Positions 9,684 through 17,349 of a stretch of DNA of 64,000 bases are shown piece after piece; position 1 is the stretch's first letter; each line of letters opens with the position of its first letter. The stretch comes from an uncultured bacterium (GTDB lineage: Bacteria > Patescibacteriota > JABMPQ01 > CAVVCK01). A program made the position numbers and the translations under genes. The notes beneath the pieces are model-generated. The model made no database searches and was not told the origin of the DNA. It saw nothing but the letters and a program-made list of their open reading frames with translations. Location of the stretch: NCBI GenBank assembly GCA_963746775.1, contig CAVVCK010000001.1:275050-339049 (forward strand). Direction: 5' to 3'.

Positions 9684-10196
9684 TTAATCCTGTCTATTGC
9701 CAAAAGAAGGCATGTCTTTATTCATATCTTCAAATCGCTTTTTTTCATCATCAGTAACTTGCCCATCAGCACAAATATTATTAATTAAATCTTGCCTGGC
9801 TTGCATATTCTGCCTAAATTCATCTGAATTAAAATTACTGTTATTGCTATTATTTCCATTATCAGGCGTACCTTGTAATCCTTGCCTATTGCCAAACCTC
9901 GAAGGATCAAAATTGTTAGACCCACTATCCTGTCCTCCATCTTTATAATTTTTGCAAATATCTTCAATATTAAAATCACGTCCTGCCTGTCCCTTTAAGC
10001 CTTGCGTATTATTCTTTTTTATAAAAAGAAAATAGACAGCAATTGAAGCAATAATTATTAAAGCTGCTAAATTAATAATTATAATGGCTTTACTTATTTT
10101 TCTCTTACCCGCCGAAGCCTTAGCGGAGGTGGGTTTCCCCTTATTTTTACCTGTCTCTTCAACAACAGATTGATCATTGTTTTTTTCTTCGGACAT
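9684..10196 (-). CDS. Single-pass membrane protein of unknown function, last gene of the ABC exporter operon
   Basis: One TM helix and a low-complexity N/G/Q-rich region; carries an in-frame palindromic insert (PTSAKASAGK). Confidence 0.75.
   Translation of the reverse strand: MSEEKNNDQSVVEETGKNKGKPTSAKASAGKRKISKAIIIINLAALIIIASIAVYFLFIKKNNTQGLKGQAGRDFNIEDICKNYKDGGQDSGSNNFDPSRFGNRQGLQGTPDNGNNSNNSNFNSDEFRQNMQARQDLINNICADGQVTDDEKKRFEDMNKDMPSFGNRQD
10107..10134. repeat. REP-like palindrome inserted in frame in a CDS
   Basis: ACCCGCC-GAAGCCTTAGCGGA-GGTGGGT; related copy at 14721-14746. Confidence 0.75.
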
Positions 10197-10256
10197 ATTT
10201 TTTTAAATTATTTTATTAATTCTTAGATCTTATACTTTATATCTAACATTGAATGT

Positions 10257-11471
10257 TTATTCATACCTTAGTGCATCTATCGGATTCAACTTTGCTGCTC
10301 TTCTGGCTGGATAATAACCAAAGATCACCCCGATAGCCACCGAAACACCAAAAGCCAACAAAACCGAGGAAGTAGTAATAGTGGTAGTGGTATTTAAAAA
10401 TGTTTTAACTAAATAAGAAGCCAAAAAACCCAAGGAAATTCCAATCACTCCACCCAAAAAAGTAAGCATAATAGATTCAGCTAAAAATTGTTTATTAATA
10501 TCACTACTCTTAGCACCAATAGCTTTCCTTAAACCAATTTCACGAGTGCGCTCTGTCACTGAGGTCAACATCATATTCATAATACCAATACCCCCAACCA
10601 ATAAAGATATGCCAGCAATTGCTCCCAGTAAAATTGTCAACGTACCAGTTACTGAAGAAGCCATGGATACTAGATCGGCCATATTACTTACATTAAAATC
10701 TGCTTCATCAGCATTGCTTATTTTATGAAGACTAAGTAAAAGCGAAGTAACATCTGTTTGAGCCTGATCCATTTTATCTTGGCTCGCTACTTTAACATTA
10801 ATACTGGATAAATATTTATCACCACTAAAATAGCGCTGCAACACATCAAGCGGTATAAAAACACTATCATCAGAACTATTAAAACCGCTACCCGTAGCCT
10901 CTATAACTCCTATCACTTTAAAGCTTAGGCCATTTACTTTAATAGCTTGACCAAGTGGATTTACTCCCTCTCCAAATAAATCGATTACTACATTCGCTCC
11001 TAAGACTGCTACTTTAGAAGAGCTTTTAATATTGCTTTGGGTTATAAAAATACCCCGGGAAAGCTTTATATTTCTCACTGTTTGATATTCTGGATAAACA
11101 CCATTAATAGAAGCATTGGTATTATTTTTTTTGGCAGTAATTTGTTCTCGGCTAGAAGCTTCAGGAGAGACTGCCTCTATACTAGTAATTTTTTTAATAG
11201 CTTCAGCATCATCTAAAGTTAAACTTTGAGCTGTTCCCTGACCAGACATCACCGGCCCAAAACTTCTCTGTCTACCAGAACTAATAGTCAATAAATTAGC
11301 TCCATTTGCTTCTATACTCTGCGTGATAGAAGTGCTGGTTCCCTGTCCAATTGAAACTAGGGCTATCACAGAAGCAATACCAATCACTATACCTAAAATA
11401 GTTAGGGCTGATCTAGCTCTATTGGAAACAATGGCTGAATACGTTTCTTTTATTAAATCTTTGTATAACAT
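10257..11471 (-). CDS. MacB/FtsX-family ABC transporter permease
   Basis: RSALTILGIVIG; SLLVGGIGIMNMMLTSVTERTREIGLRKAIGA; PARRAAKLNPIDALRYE. Confidence 0.95.
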   Translation of the reverse strand: MLYKDLIKETYSAIVSNRARSALTILGIVIGIASVIALVSIGQGTSTSITQSIEANGANLLTISSGRQRSFGPVMSGQGTAQSLTLDDAEAIKKITSIEAVSPEASSREQITAKKNNTNASINGVYPEYQTVRNIKLSRGIFITQSNIKSSSKVAVLGANVVIDLFGEGVNPLGQAIKVNGLSFKVIGVIEATGSGFNSSDDSVFIPLDVLQRYFSGDKYLSSINVKVASQDKMDQAQTDVTSLLLSLHKISNADEADFNVSNMADLVSMASSVTGTLTILLGAIAGISLLVGGIGIMNMMLTSVTERTREIGLRKAIGAKSSDINKQFLAESIMLTFLGGVIGISLGFLASYLVKTFLNTTTTITTSSVLLAFGVSVAIGVIFGYYPARRAAKLNPIDALRYE

Positions 11472-11559
11472 AATTATTGCGATACTAATATACTAATGCA
11501 TACGAATCATACGAATAAATTATTAGTATAATTAGTATCAATTCATATATTGACATCGA

Positions 11560-12285
11560 TTACAAATTCAATCCCTGCTTTGCCGTCCTTTTTTTGCTAT
11601 TTTTATAATCATTAATAATTTCTCCATCTTTAATATCTATTATCCGATCAGTAAATTCAGCTACCTCCTGTTCATGGGTTATTAAAACAATACTTTTTTT
11701 CTTCTCTCTATTTAATTTTTCAAAAGTAGCCATTACAATATCACCAGTTTTACTATCTAAATTACCAGTTGGCTCATCGGCTAATAATAAATCAGGATTA
11801 TTAACTAAAGCACGGGCAATTGCCACTCTTTGCATTTGTCCACCTGATAATTGATTAGATAAATGGTTCCAAATTTTTTCATCTTCTAAGCCAACATCTA
11901 TCAAGGCTTTCTTAGCCATTTCTTCCCTCTGGATTATATTCTTGGGTTCACCAGTATAAACAAAAGGAAGCATAACGTTCTTTAATACCGTAGCCCTTTT
12001 TAATAAATTAAAACTCTGAAAAACAAAACCAATACTTTTTAATCTTATATTTGCTAAATCATTATCGGTTAGTTTAGATACATCTTTATTTTTAAGAAAA
12101 TATTCTCCAGAAGTTGGTGTATCTAGCATACCAATAATATTCATAAGAGTAGATTTACCCGAACCAGACGGTCCCATAATAGCTACAAACTCACCTTCAT
12201 TGATTTTAATATTAATCCCTTTCAAAACCTTTGTTTCAATCTCTCCAATCTTATAATTTTTAATAATATCTTTTAATTCAATCAT
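11560..12285 (-). CDS. MacB/LolD-type ABC transporter ATP-binding protein
   Basis: [38 protein letters not shown]. Confidence 0.96.
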   Translation of the reverse strand: MIELKDIIKNYKIGEIETKVLKGINIKINEGEFVAIMGPSGSGKSTLMNIIGMLDTPTSGEYFLKNKDVSKLTDNDLANIRLKSIGFVFQSFNLLKRATVLKNVMLPFVYTGEPKNIIQREEMAKKALIDVGLEDEKIWNHLSNQLSGGQMQRVAIARALVNNPDLLLADEPTGNLDSKTGDIVMATFEKLNREKKKSIVLITHEQEVAEFTDRIIDIKDGEIINDYKNSKKRTAKQGLNL

Positions 12286-12324
12286 TTTTTATCTATATTA
12301 GTGTAAATTACGAATTAAGTAATT

Positions 12325-12467
12325 ATCCGCTATATCCACTATAATCCGCTTATCCGCAATACTACAAAAAGCAGATTTGGCAGATTTATGCAGTTGCCTC
12401 TGACGGTAACTCGCCGTTAGAGGCGAGATAAGCGGAAAAATATATAAAGAATTTCATAATTCGCATT
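12325..12467. repeat. Dispersed ATCCGC-rich intergenic element, copy A (carries a 34-nt palindrome insertion at 12393-12426)
   Basis: Aligns without gaps to 27819-27927 once the insert is removed (about 16 mismatches in 109 nt by hand count). Confidence 0.85.
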
Positions 12468-12472
12468 ATTAA

Positions 12473-13975
12473 CTAATCTCTACCCCTTGCTCCTCCGCCC
12501 AATGGTATTAAAGACCCGCCGCCGCTGTTCGTACTAGTTGAAGAATTAGTAGCTTGACTGCTGCTAGTAGCATCAGTACTACTTAGAACTATCACATCTC
12601 CTTCTTGCAAACCGCTATTTATTTCAATATTCACATCATCAGTAAGTCCAATTTCTACTTTGACTAATTTAGTACTAGTATTATCCGAGAAAGCATTACG
12701 CATATCTACATTTTTATCCGTAACCAATTCTATATAACTACCGTCCATTTGTTCTTTAACAGCTGAGCTTGGAATTAATAGCACATTTTCTTTTTTATTA
12801 GTAATTATTTCCGCATTAACCGTCATACCATTTTTTATTCTTTCATCATAACCATCAAAATTAATAGTTACATTATTATAGACTACACCCTGGTCTTGTG
12901 TACCAATTAGATCTATTTTAGTAACTGTGCCAGTCATTTTTAAATCTTCCAGAGCATCAAAGGTCAAATTAGCCTTTTGATCTTTCTGAATATTCGGAAC
13001 ATCAACTTCATTAATAGCCACTACTGTATTTTTATTTTTAGAAGTCAAAATAGCCAAAGCACTAGAGCTAGCTGAAGAGCTGGAAGCACTACTGGAGCTG
13101 GTAGAAGAAGATCCTCCCCCGCCTGATATCTTTTCCCCTTCAGTTATATTCAAAGAAGCAATGATACCATCTTTGGGAGCAATAATGGTATAATCTTTTT
13201 TTTGTAAAATTAAATCATTTAATTTACTTTGTTTATCTTGAATTGAAATTTCTTGCAAATTAACTTCCGTTGCATCCGCTCCTTCTTTTGTTTTTTCTAA
13301 AGCTTTCTCCGCTTCATTTATCTTAGCTTCTGCTTCAGAAATTTTAAGAGGATGATTCAAATTATATTCTCCTATTTGACGATCTGCAGCTGATATTTGT
13401 GATTGATAAGAAGATTTTTTGCTTGCGTAATCCGGAGAATTTGTGTCAAGTTTATTTAAATTATCCTGAGCTATCGCTCTGTCTTCTTTAGCTGCTGCTA
13501 ACTGATTTTTTTGAGCTAATTCTAGTTCTGATAAATTATTTTTAGCTGTTTGCAAATCATTTTCTGATTTTTTAATATCATAATCACTAGGCTGCTCTTG
13601 CAATTTTTTTAAAGAAAGTTGAGCCGATTGTACAGCTAATTGCGCCTGATAAATTTGATTATCTAAATCAGAAGTATTAATTTGAGCAATTAAATCACCC
13701 GCTTTTACTTCTTGCCCTTCAGTTACTGCTACTTTAGTAACTTCTCCTGACACTTCAGCAGTAATATCACTCTGATCCGTATCTCCTACTTGACCAGTAG
13801 CTGAGACTACAGTTTCTATATTTCCTTTTGTTACTTTTCCTAGCTCATAACTTGTTCCAGTTGATTTCTTAGGTAATAATTCTTTATAAACAAAATAGCC
13901 GGCCAATACTGCCGCCACTAAAATCATAATTGTCGTTAGCTTGTGATTTTTCACAAATTCTCTTATTTTTTTCAT
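12473..13975 (-). CDS. Efflux periplasmic adaptor / membrane fusion protein (HlyD/MacA-like)
   Basis: N-terminal TM, lipoyl-like half motifs (VTEGQEVKAGDLIA; APKDGII), coiled coil, beta-barrel, VEIGL..VEINSGLQEGD. Confidence 0.92.
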   Translation of the reverse strand: MKKIREFVKNHKLTTIMILVAAVLAGYFVYKELLPKKSTGTSYELGKVTKGNIETVVSATGQVGDTDQSDITAEVSGEVTKVAVTEGQEVKAGDLIAQINTSDLDNQIYQAQLAVQSAQLSLKKLQEQPSDYDIKKSENDLQTAKNNLSELELAQKNQLAAAKEDRAIAQDNLNKLDTNSPDYASKKSSYQSQISAADRQIGEYNLNHPLKISEAEAKINEAEKALEKTKEGADATEVNLQEISIQDKQSKLNDLILQKKDYTIIAPKDGIIASLNITEGEKISGGGGSSSTSSSSASSSSASSSALAILTSKNKNTVVAINEVDVPNIQKDQKANLTFDALEDLKMTGTVTKIDLIGTQDQGVVYNNVTINFDGYDERIKNGMTVNAEIITNKKENVLLIPSSAVKEQMDGSYIELVTDKNVDMRNAFSDNTSTKLVKVEIGLTDDVNIEINSGLQEGDVIVLSSTDATSSSQATNSSTSTNSGGGSLIPLGGGARGRD

Positions 13976-14119
13976 TTTCTATAATTAAAATTTTTAAGAT
14001 ACCAAAAAATAAGGTTTCTTTTTATTTATATTTATTTATACGCTATTATCTTCTCTTTGTTTCAAAATATTTAAATTAATTAAAAAATACCTATTAAACA
14101 ATCTTGTTAATTATAAACT

Positions 14120-14395
14120 TTACTCAACCACCCTAATTGCCTTCCCCTCTATTATTGCTTCAGACATTTTTCTATAAGCAGAAGATAGGATTCTCTGAAA
14201 AGTACTCTGAGAAGTCTTCATCGCTTTCGCACATTCAATTTGATCCAAATTTTCTATATTTTTTAATCTTAGTGCTTCTACTTCTTCTCTAGTTAATTCA
14301 ACTATTTCCAAATGCCTAACAGGTATTCCTTGCGGTTTAAAATATTTTACTTTTGGATTAAATCTAATCCTTCGACAAAGTTTTGGTCTTACCAT
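14120..14395 (-). CDS. DUF134-family predicted DNA-binding protein
   Basis: MVRPK.CRRI, FKPQGIP, EEVEALRL, Q..CA..M..SQSTFQRIL.SA..K...A...GKAI. Confidence 0.88.
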   Translation of the reverse strand: MVRPKLCRRIRFNPKVKYFKPQGIPVRHLEIVELTREEVEALRLKNIENLDQIECAKAMKTSQSTFQRILSSAYRKMSEAIIEGKAIRVVE

Positions 14396-14425
14396 AATAT
14401 TAATAGTTTATATAAATACTAACCC

Positions 14426-14453
14426 GTAGAGACAATATACAAATTGCCTCCAC
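14426..14453. repeat. GTAG-type REP-like palindrome
   Basis: GTAGAGACAAT-ATACAA-ATTGCCTCCAC imperfect inverted repeat starting with GTAG. Confidence 0.55.
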
Positions 14454-14459
14454 AAATCA

Positions 14460-14699
14460 TTATTTCTCAAGGCTCTTTTTCTCCTCTTCTATTGCTTTCA
14501 ATTCTTCTCTCAACATTTTTTCCTGGTTATTTAACATTTTCATTTTATCTTCCTTGGAATCAAACTGCAAACCCATTCTCATCCCACGATTATAACATCT
14601 TCCTCCAAATCCTTTTTTCATTCCTTGACCGCAATTACCCATTCCTCTACCTGTTCCAGATCCTGCGCCTTGAGGACCTGTTCCGTCAAATTCTGGCAT
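14460..14699 (-). CDS. DUF5320-like Gly-rich protein (true start ATG 14699)
   Basis: MPEFDGTGPQGAGSGTGRGMGNCG...coiled-coil tail; SD-like GGGAGGTGG upstream; commonly paired with DUF134. Confidence 0.82.
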   Translation of the reverse strand: MPEFDGTGPQGAGSGTGRGMGNCGQGMKKGFGGRCYNRGMRMGLQFDSKEDKMKMLNNQEKMLREELKAIEEEKKSLEK

Positions 14700-14898
14700 A
14701 TTTACCACCTCCCTTCCTCGCCCGCCGAAGCCTAAGCGAAAACGGGTCATTGCTCGTCTACGCTTTGGTATAGGCAAACTATTATTTTTCTTAATTCTAT
14801 TTTAAATATATACCCATAACTAATTTATGTCAAATATTTTTTTTGCTTTTTTTAAAAAACTGTTATAATGTTATTTCAATAAAAAATAATTAAAAATC

Positions 14899-15606
14899 AT
14901 GCCTGAAAAAAAATCAAATAGTTTCCTTTTCGGCCTAACGACCGGAGTAGCTATTGTTGCTCTCCTTGGCTTCCTCGCTACTACCATTGCTTCTTCACTG
15001 AAAATTGGAAAAAGTCAAGCCCAACCAGCTCAAGTAGCAGATACAAATAATAACAATGATTCCGTTCCAACTAATCCTACCCCAACTGCTAAAATTGATT
15101 TTGAAATAAAAGATACTGATCATATCCGAGGTAACAAAAATGCGCCTATTACTATCTTAGAGTATTCAGATTTTCAATGTCCTTACTGCGCCAGATTTCA
15201 TGAAACACTAACTCAAGTTATGAAAAATTACGATGGCAAAGTTAAATGGGTTTTTAGACAATTTCCTCTATCTGAACTTCATCCCTTTGCCGAAACTGCT
15301 GCCGAGGCTTCAGAATGTGCTAACGACCAAAATAAATTCTGGGAATATACTGATGAATTATATGCCAATCAATCATCCTTTAGTGCGGACTATTTCAAAA
15401 AAGCAGCCAAGAATATTGGACTTAATACCAGTAAATTTAATACTTGCCTAGATTCCGGAAAATATAAAGATAAAGTGGCCGCTGATTATGCTGAAGGCGA
15501 TGGCTACGGAGTATCGGGTACACCAGGCAGTTTCTTAAATGGAGAGGAATTAGGTGGTGCTGTGCCTTATGAAAGTTTAAAGGCTAAAATTGATAAGTTA
15601 TTATAA
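14899..15606 (+). CDS. DsbA/BdbD-family thioredoxin-fold disulfide oxidoreductase, membrane anchored
   Basis: EYSDFQCPYC, FRQFPL, AAEASECA..Q.KFWEY, GVSGTP; extended -10 TGTTATAAT at 14861. Confidence 0.93.
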   Translation: MPEKKSNSFLFGLTTGVAIVALLGFLATTIASSLKIGKSQAQPAQVADTNNNNDSVPTNPTPTAKIDFEIKDTDHIRGNKNAPITILEYSDFQCPYCARFHETLTQVMKNYDGKVKWVFRQFPLSELHPFAETAAEASECANDQNKFWEYTDELYANQSSFSADYFKKAAKNIGLNTSKFNTCLDSGKYKDKVAADYAEGDGYGVSGTPGSFLNGEELGGAVPYESLKAKIDKLL

Positions 15607-15620
15607 ATTTTCAATTTTAG

Positions 15621-15688
15621 AAAAATTATTTACCTGGCTTTAGCCAGCTCTTATAACTCAAAGACCTCCTAATTTAGGAGGTCTTTTT
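15621..15688 (+). repeat. 31-bp direct repeat plus terminator hairpin, copy 1
   Basis: AAAAATTATTTACCTGGCTTTAGCCAGCTCT identical to 16471-16501, followed by AAAGACCTCCTAA..TTAGGAGGTCTTTTT. Confidence 0.85.
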
Positions 15689-15728
15689 GGTTAAATAAAA
15701 TATGCTAAAATAGAATCTAAATAATAAA

Positions 15729-16238
15729 ATGAGAAGAGTATTAATTATTGGCTGCTGCGGATCCGGTAAATCAACATTTGCCAAAAAACTAAATAAAATA
15801 CTAAAACTAGAATTAATACATCTAGATAAATTATATTGGAAACCAGGCTGGCAGAGATCATCACAAGTAGAATGGACAAAAATTGTCCAAGAAATTATAG
15901 AAAAAGATAGTTGGATTATGGATGGAAATTATGACAGCACTCTTGATATGAGAATAGTAAAAGCTGATACTGTCGTCTTTTTTAATTTTCCTAGAATTAC
16001 TTGTCTATATAATACTTTCAAAAGAGCCTTGAGAGGAAAATTATTTAAAGTTGTCAGAAGCGATATTAAAGAAGGCTGTGGAGAAAAGCTAGATTGGACT
16101 TTTCTAAAATGGATCTGGAAATTTAATAAAGAAGTTCGCCTTAATTATTTAGAAAAATTATATAAATTAAAGAAAGAAAAGGAAATTATAATTTTACATA
16201 ATTACAAAGAGTCTGATGATTTTTTAGAAAAAAAGTAG
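15729..16238 (+). CDS. Adenylate kinase-like P-loop protein (FlaR / topology modulation protein family)
   Basis: RVLIIGCCGSGKSTFA, IHLDKLYWKPGW, WIMDGNY, GCGEKLDW.FLKWIW. Confidence 0.88.
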   Translation: MRRVLIIGCCGSGKSTFAKKLNKILKLELIHLDKLYWKPGWQRSSQVEWTKIVQEIIEKDSWIMDGNYDSTLDMRIVKADTVVFFNFPRITCLYNTFKRALRGKLFKVVRSDIKEGCGEKLDWTFLKWIWKFNKEVRLNYLEKLYKLKKEKEIIILHNYKESDDFLEKK

Positions 16239-16264
16239 GTTGGGTTGAGTACTCGAAACCCAAC
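16235..16264. repeat. GTAG-type REP element overlapping the stop codon
   Basis: GTAGGTTGGGTT-GAGTACTC-GAAACCCAAC; its TAG is the stop of 15729-16238. Confidence 0.75.
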
Positions 16265-16380
16265 GATTAATGTAATTTATAATCACTCTAGATATTCATC
16301 CATAATAATTAAGAATACATTTATCTCTTCTTGTTTATTTTATCTAAAGGCACTTTAATCCTTTTTTTTATATTAAATTC

Positions 16381-16469
16381 GATCGTTCCAGATATTTATC
16401 TGGAACGTAATAATTCAAGGATATATATCCTTGAAAACATTCCGTTGCGGATATATATCCGCAACGATC
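16381..16469. repeat. Cluster of three palindromes with GATAT(A/T)TATC core
   Basis: CGTTCCAGAT-ATTT-ATCTGGAACG; TTCAAGGATATATATCCTTGAA (perfect, 22 bp); CGTTGCGGATATATATCCGCAACG (perfect, 24 bp); degenerate fourth copy at about 16560-16582. Confidence 0.85.
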
Positions 16470-16470
16470 A

Positions 16471-16543
16471 AAAAATTATTTACCTGGCTTTAGCCAGCTC
16501 TGTGTAAACACAAAAGAACTTCTAAATCTAGAAGTTCTTTTTT
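16471..16543 (+). repeat. 31-bp direct repeat plus terminator hairpin, copy 2
   Basis: Identical 31 nt to 15621-15651, followed by AAAAGAACTTCTA-AATC-TAGAAGTTCTTTTTT. Confidence 0.85.
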
Positions 16544-16625
16544 ATATAAAAATTTCAATCGCTCCAGATAAGTATCTGTAACAATTAAAATCTATTAAAA
16601 CATCCTCATTTATCCCCACCCCCAT

Positions 16626-16659
16626 TTGACAGCTCTATTTTATACCTATACCATAGGTA
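16626..16659 (+). promoter_or_regulatory. Copper-operon promoter with overlapping candidate CsoR operator
   Basis: TTGACA-17 nt-TACCAT; inverted repeat TACCTAT-ACC-ATAGGTA (16643-16659) resembles TACC...GGTA CsoR-type operators. Confidence 0.7.
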
Positions 16660-16688
16660 CAGGTTATAACTAATTTAAATTTAAAATA

Positions 16689-16961
16689 ATGACAAAATCC
16701 AAAGAAAAAACTCTTATCAATTTCAAAAAGGCAAAAAGCTCATTAGCAAAAATTGAAACAATGGTCAAAGAAGACAAATACTGCATCGATATTATGCAAC
16801 AAAACCTAGCTGTCATCGGTCTATTAAAATCCGCTCATCAAATGTTGATGGAAGGACACTTAAATTCCTGCTTCAAAAATGCTATGGCCGCCAAAAATGA
16901 AAAAAGAAAACAAGAAATGATTGATGAAATTTTAAGACTATCCAAAATAGCAAATAAATAA
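16689..16961 (+). CDS. csoR: CsoR/RcnR-family metal-sensing repressor
   Basis: YCIDIMQQ..AV...L....L...HL.SC: Cys/His/Cys ligands; heads the copA operon. Confidence 0.88.
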   Translation: MTKSKEKTLINFKKAKSSLAKIETMVKEDKYCIDIMQQNLAVIGLLKSAHQMLMEGHLNSCFKNAMAAKNEKRKQEMIDEILRLSKIANK

Positions 16962-16965
16962 AATA

Positions 16966-17304
16966 ATGAAAAAATTATTTATAGCTATAATTAGTTTTAC
17001 TTCTATCACTCTAATTAGTTTTTCCATTTTTAGCTTTATCGCCCTAGGTCAAAATAATTTTGAAAAATTATCACCCCAAGAAATGTATGACCAAATAATT
17101 CAAGAAAGAAATTTGGCTATTGAAAAAGCAAAAGAACGCGGCGATTATAAATGCTGTATTTCTCCTCCCTGCACTATGTGTTATATGGAAGGCAACAAAT
17201 GGAACTACAACACTCCCGGTACCTGCGCTTGTGATGAATTTATCGCCCGCGGCGAAGATCCCTGCCCGCAATGCAAAAATAAAGCTTGTGAAGAAAACTC
17301 TTAA
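16966..17304 (+). CDS. Small exported/membrane-anchored Cys-rich protein (9 Cys)
   Basis: N-terminal hydrophobic segment; CC..PC.MC...CAC...CPQC...C; 4 nt after csoR. Confidence 0.8.
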   Translation: MKKLFIAIISFTSITLISFSIFSFIALGQNNFEKLSPQEMYDQIIQERNLAIEKAKERGDYKCCISPPCTMCYMEGNKWNYNTPGTCACDEFIARGEDPCPQCKNKACEENS

Positions 17305-17349
17305 TTAATTATCAATATCAAAAAATAAACGAAGAATTATTATAATTAA

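Noticed and set aside
14700-14777. N-terminal extension of ORF 14460-14777 (MPIPKRRR...)
   Set aside because: It is translated palindromic repeat sequence; an SD-like site and the family start MP..DGTGP support ATG 14699.
16381-16469. CRISPR array
   Set aside because: Units are not identical, spacers are only 6-7 nt, and there are no cas genes in the window.
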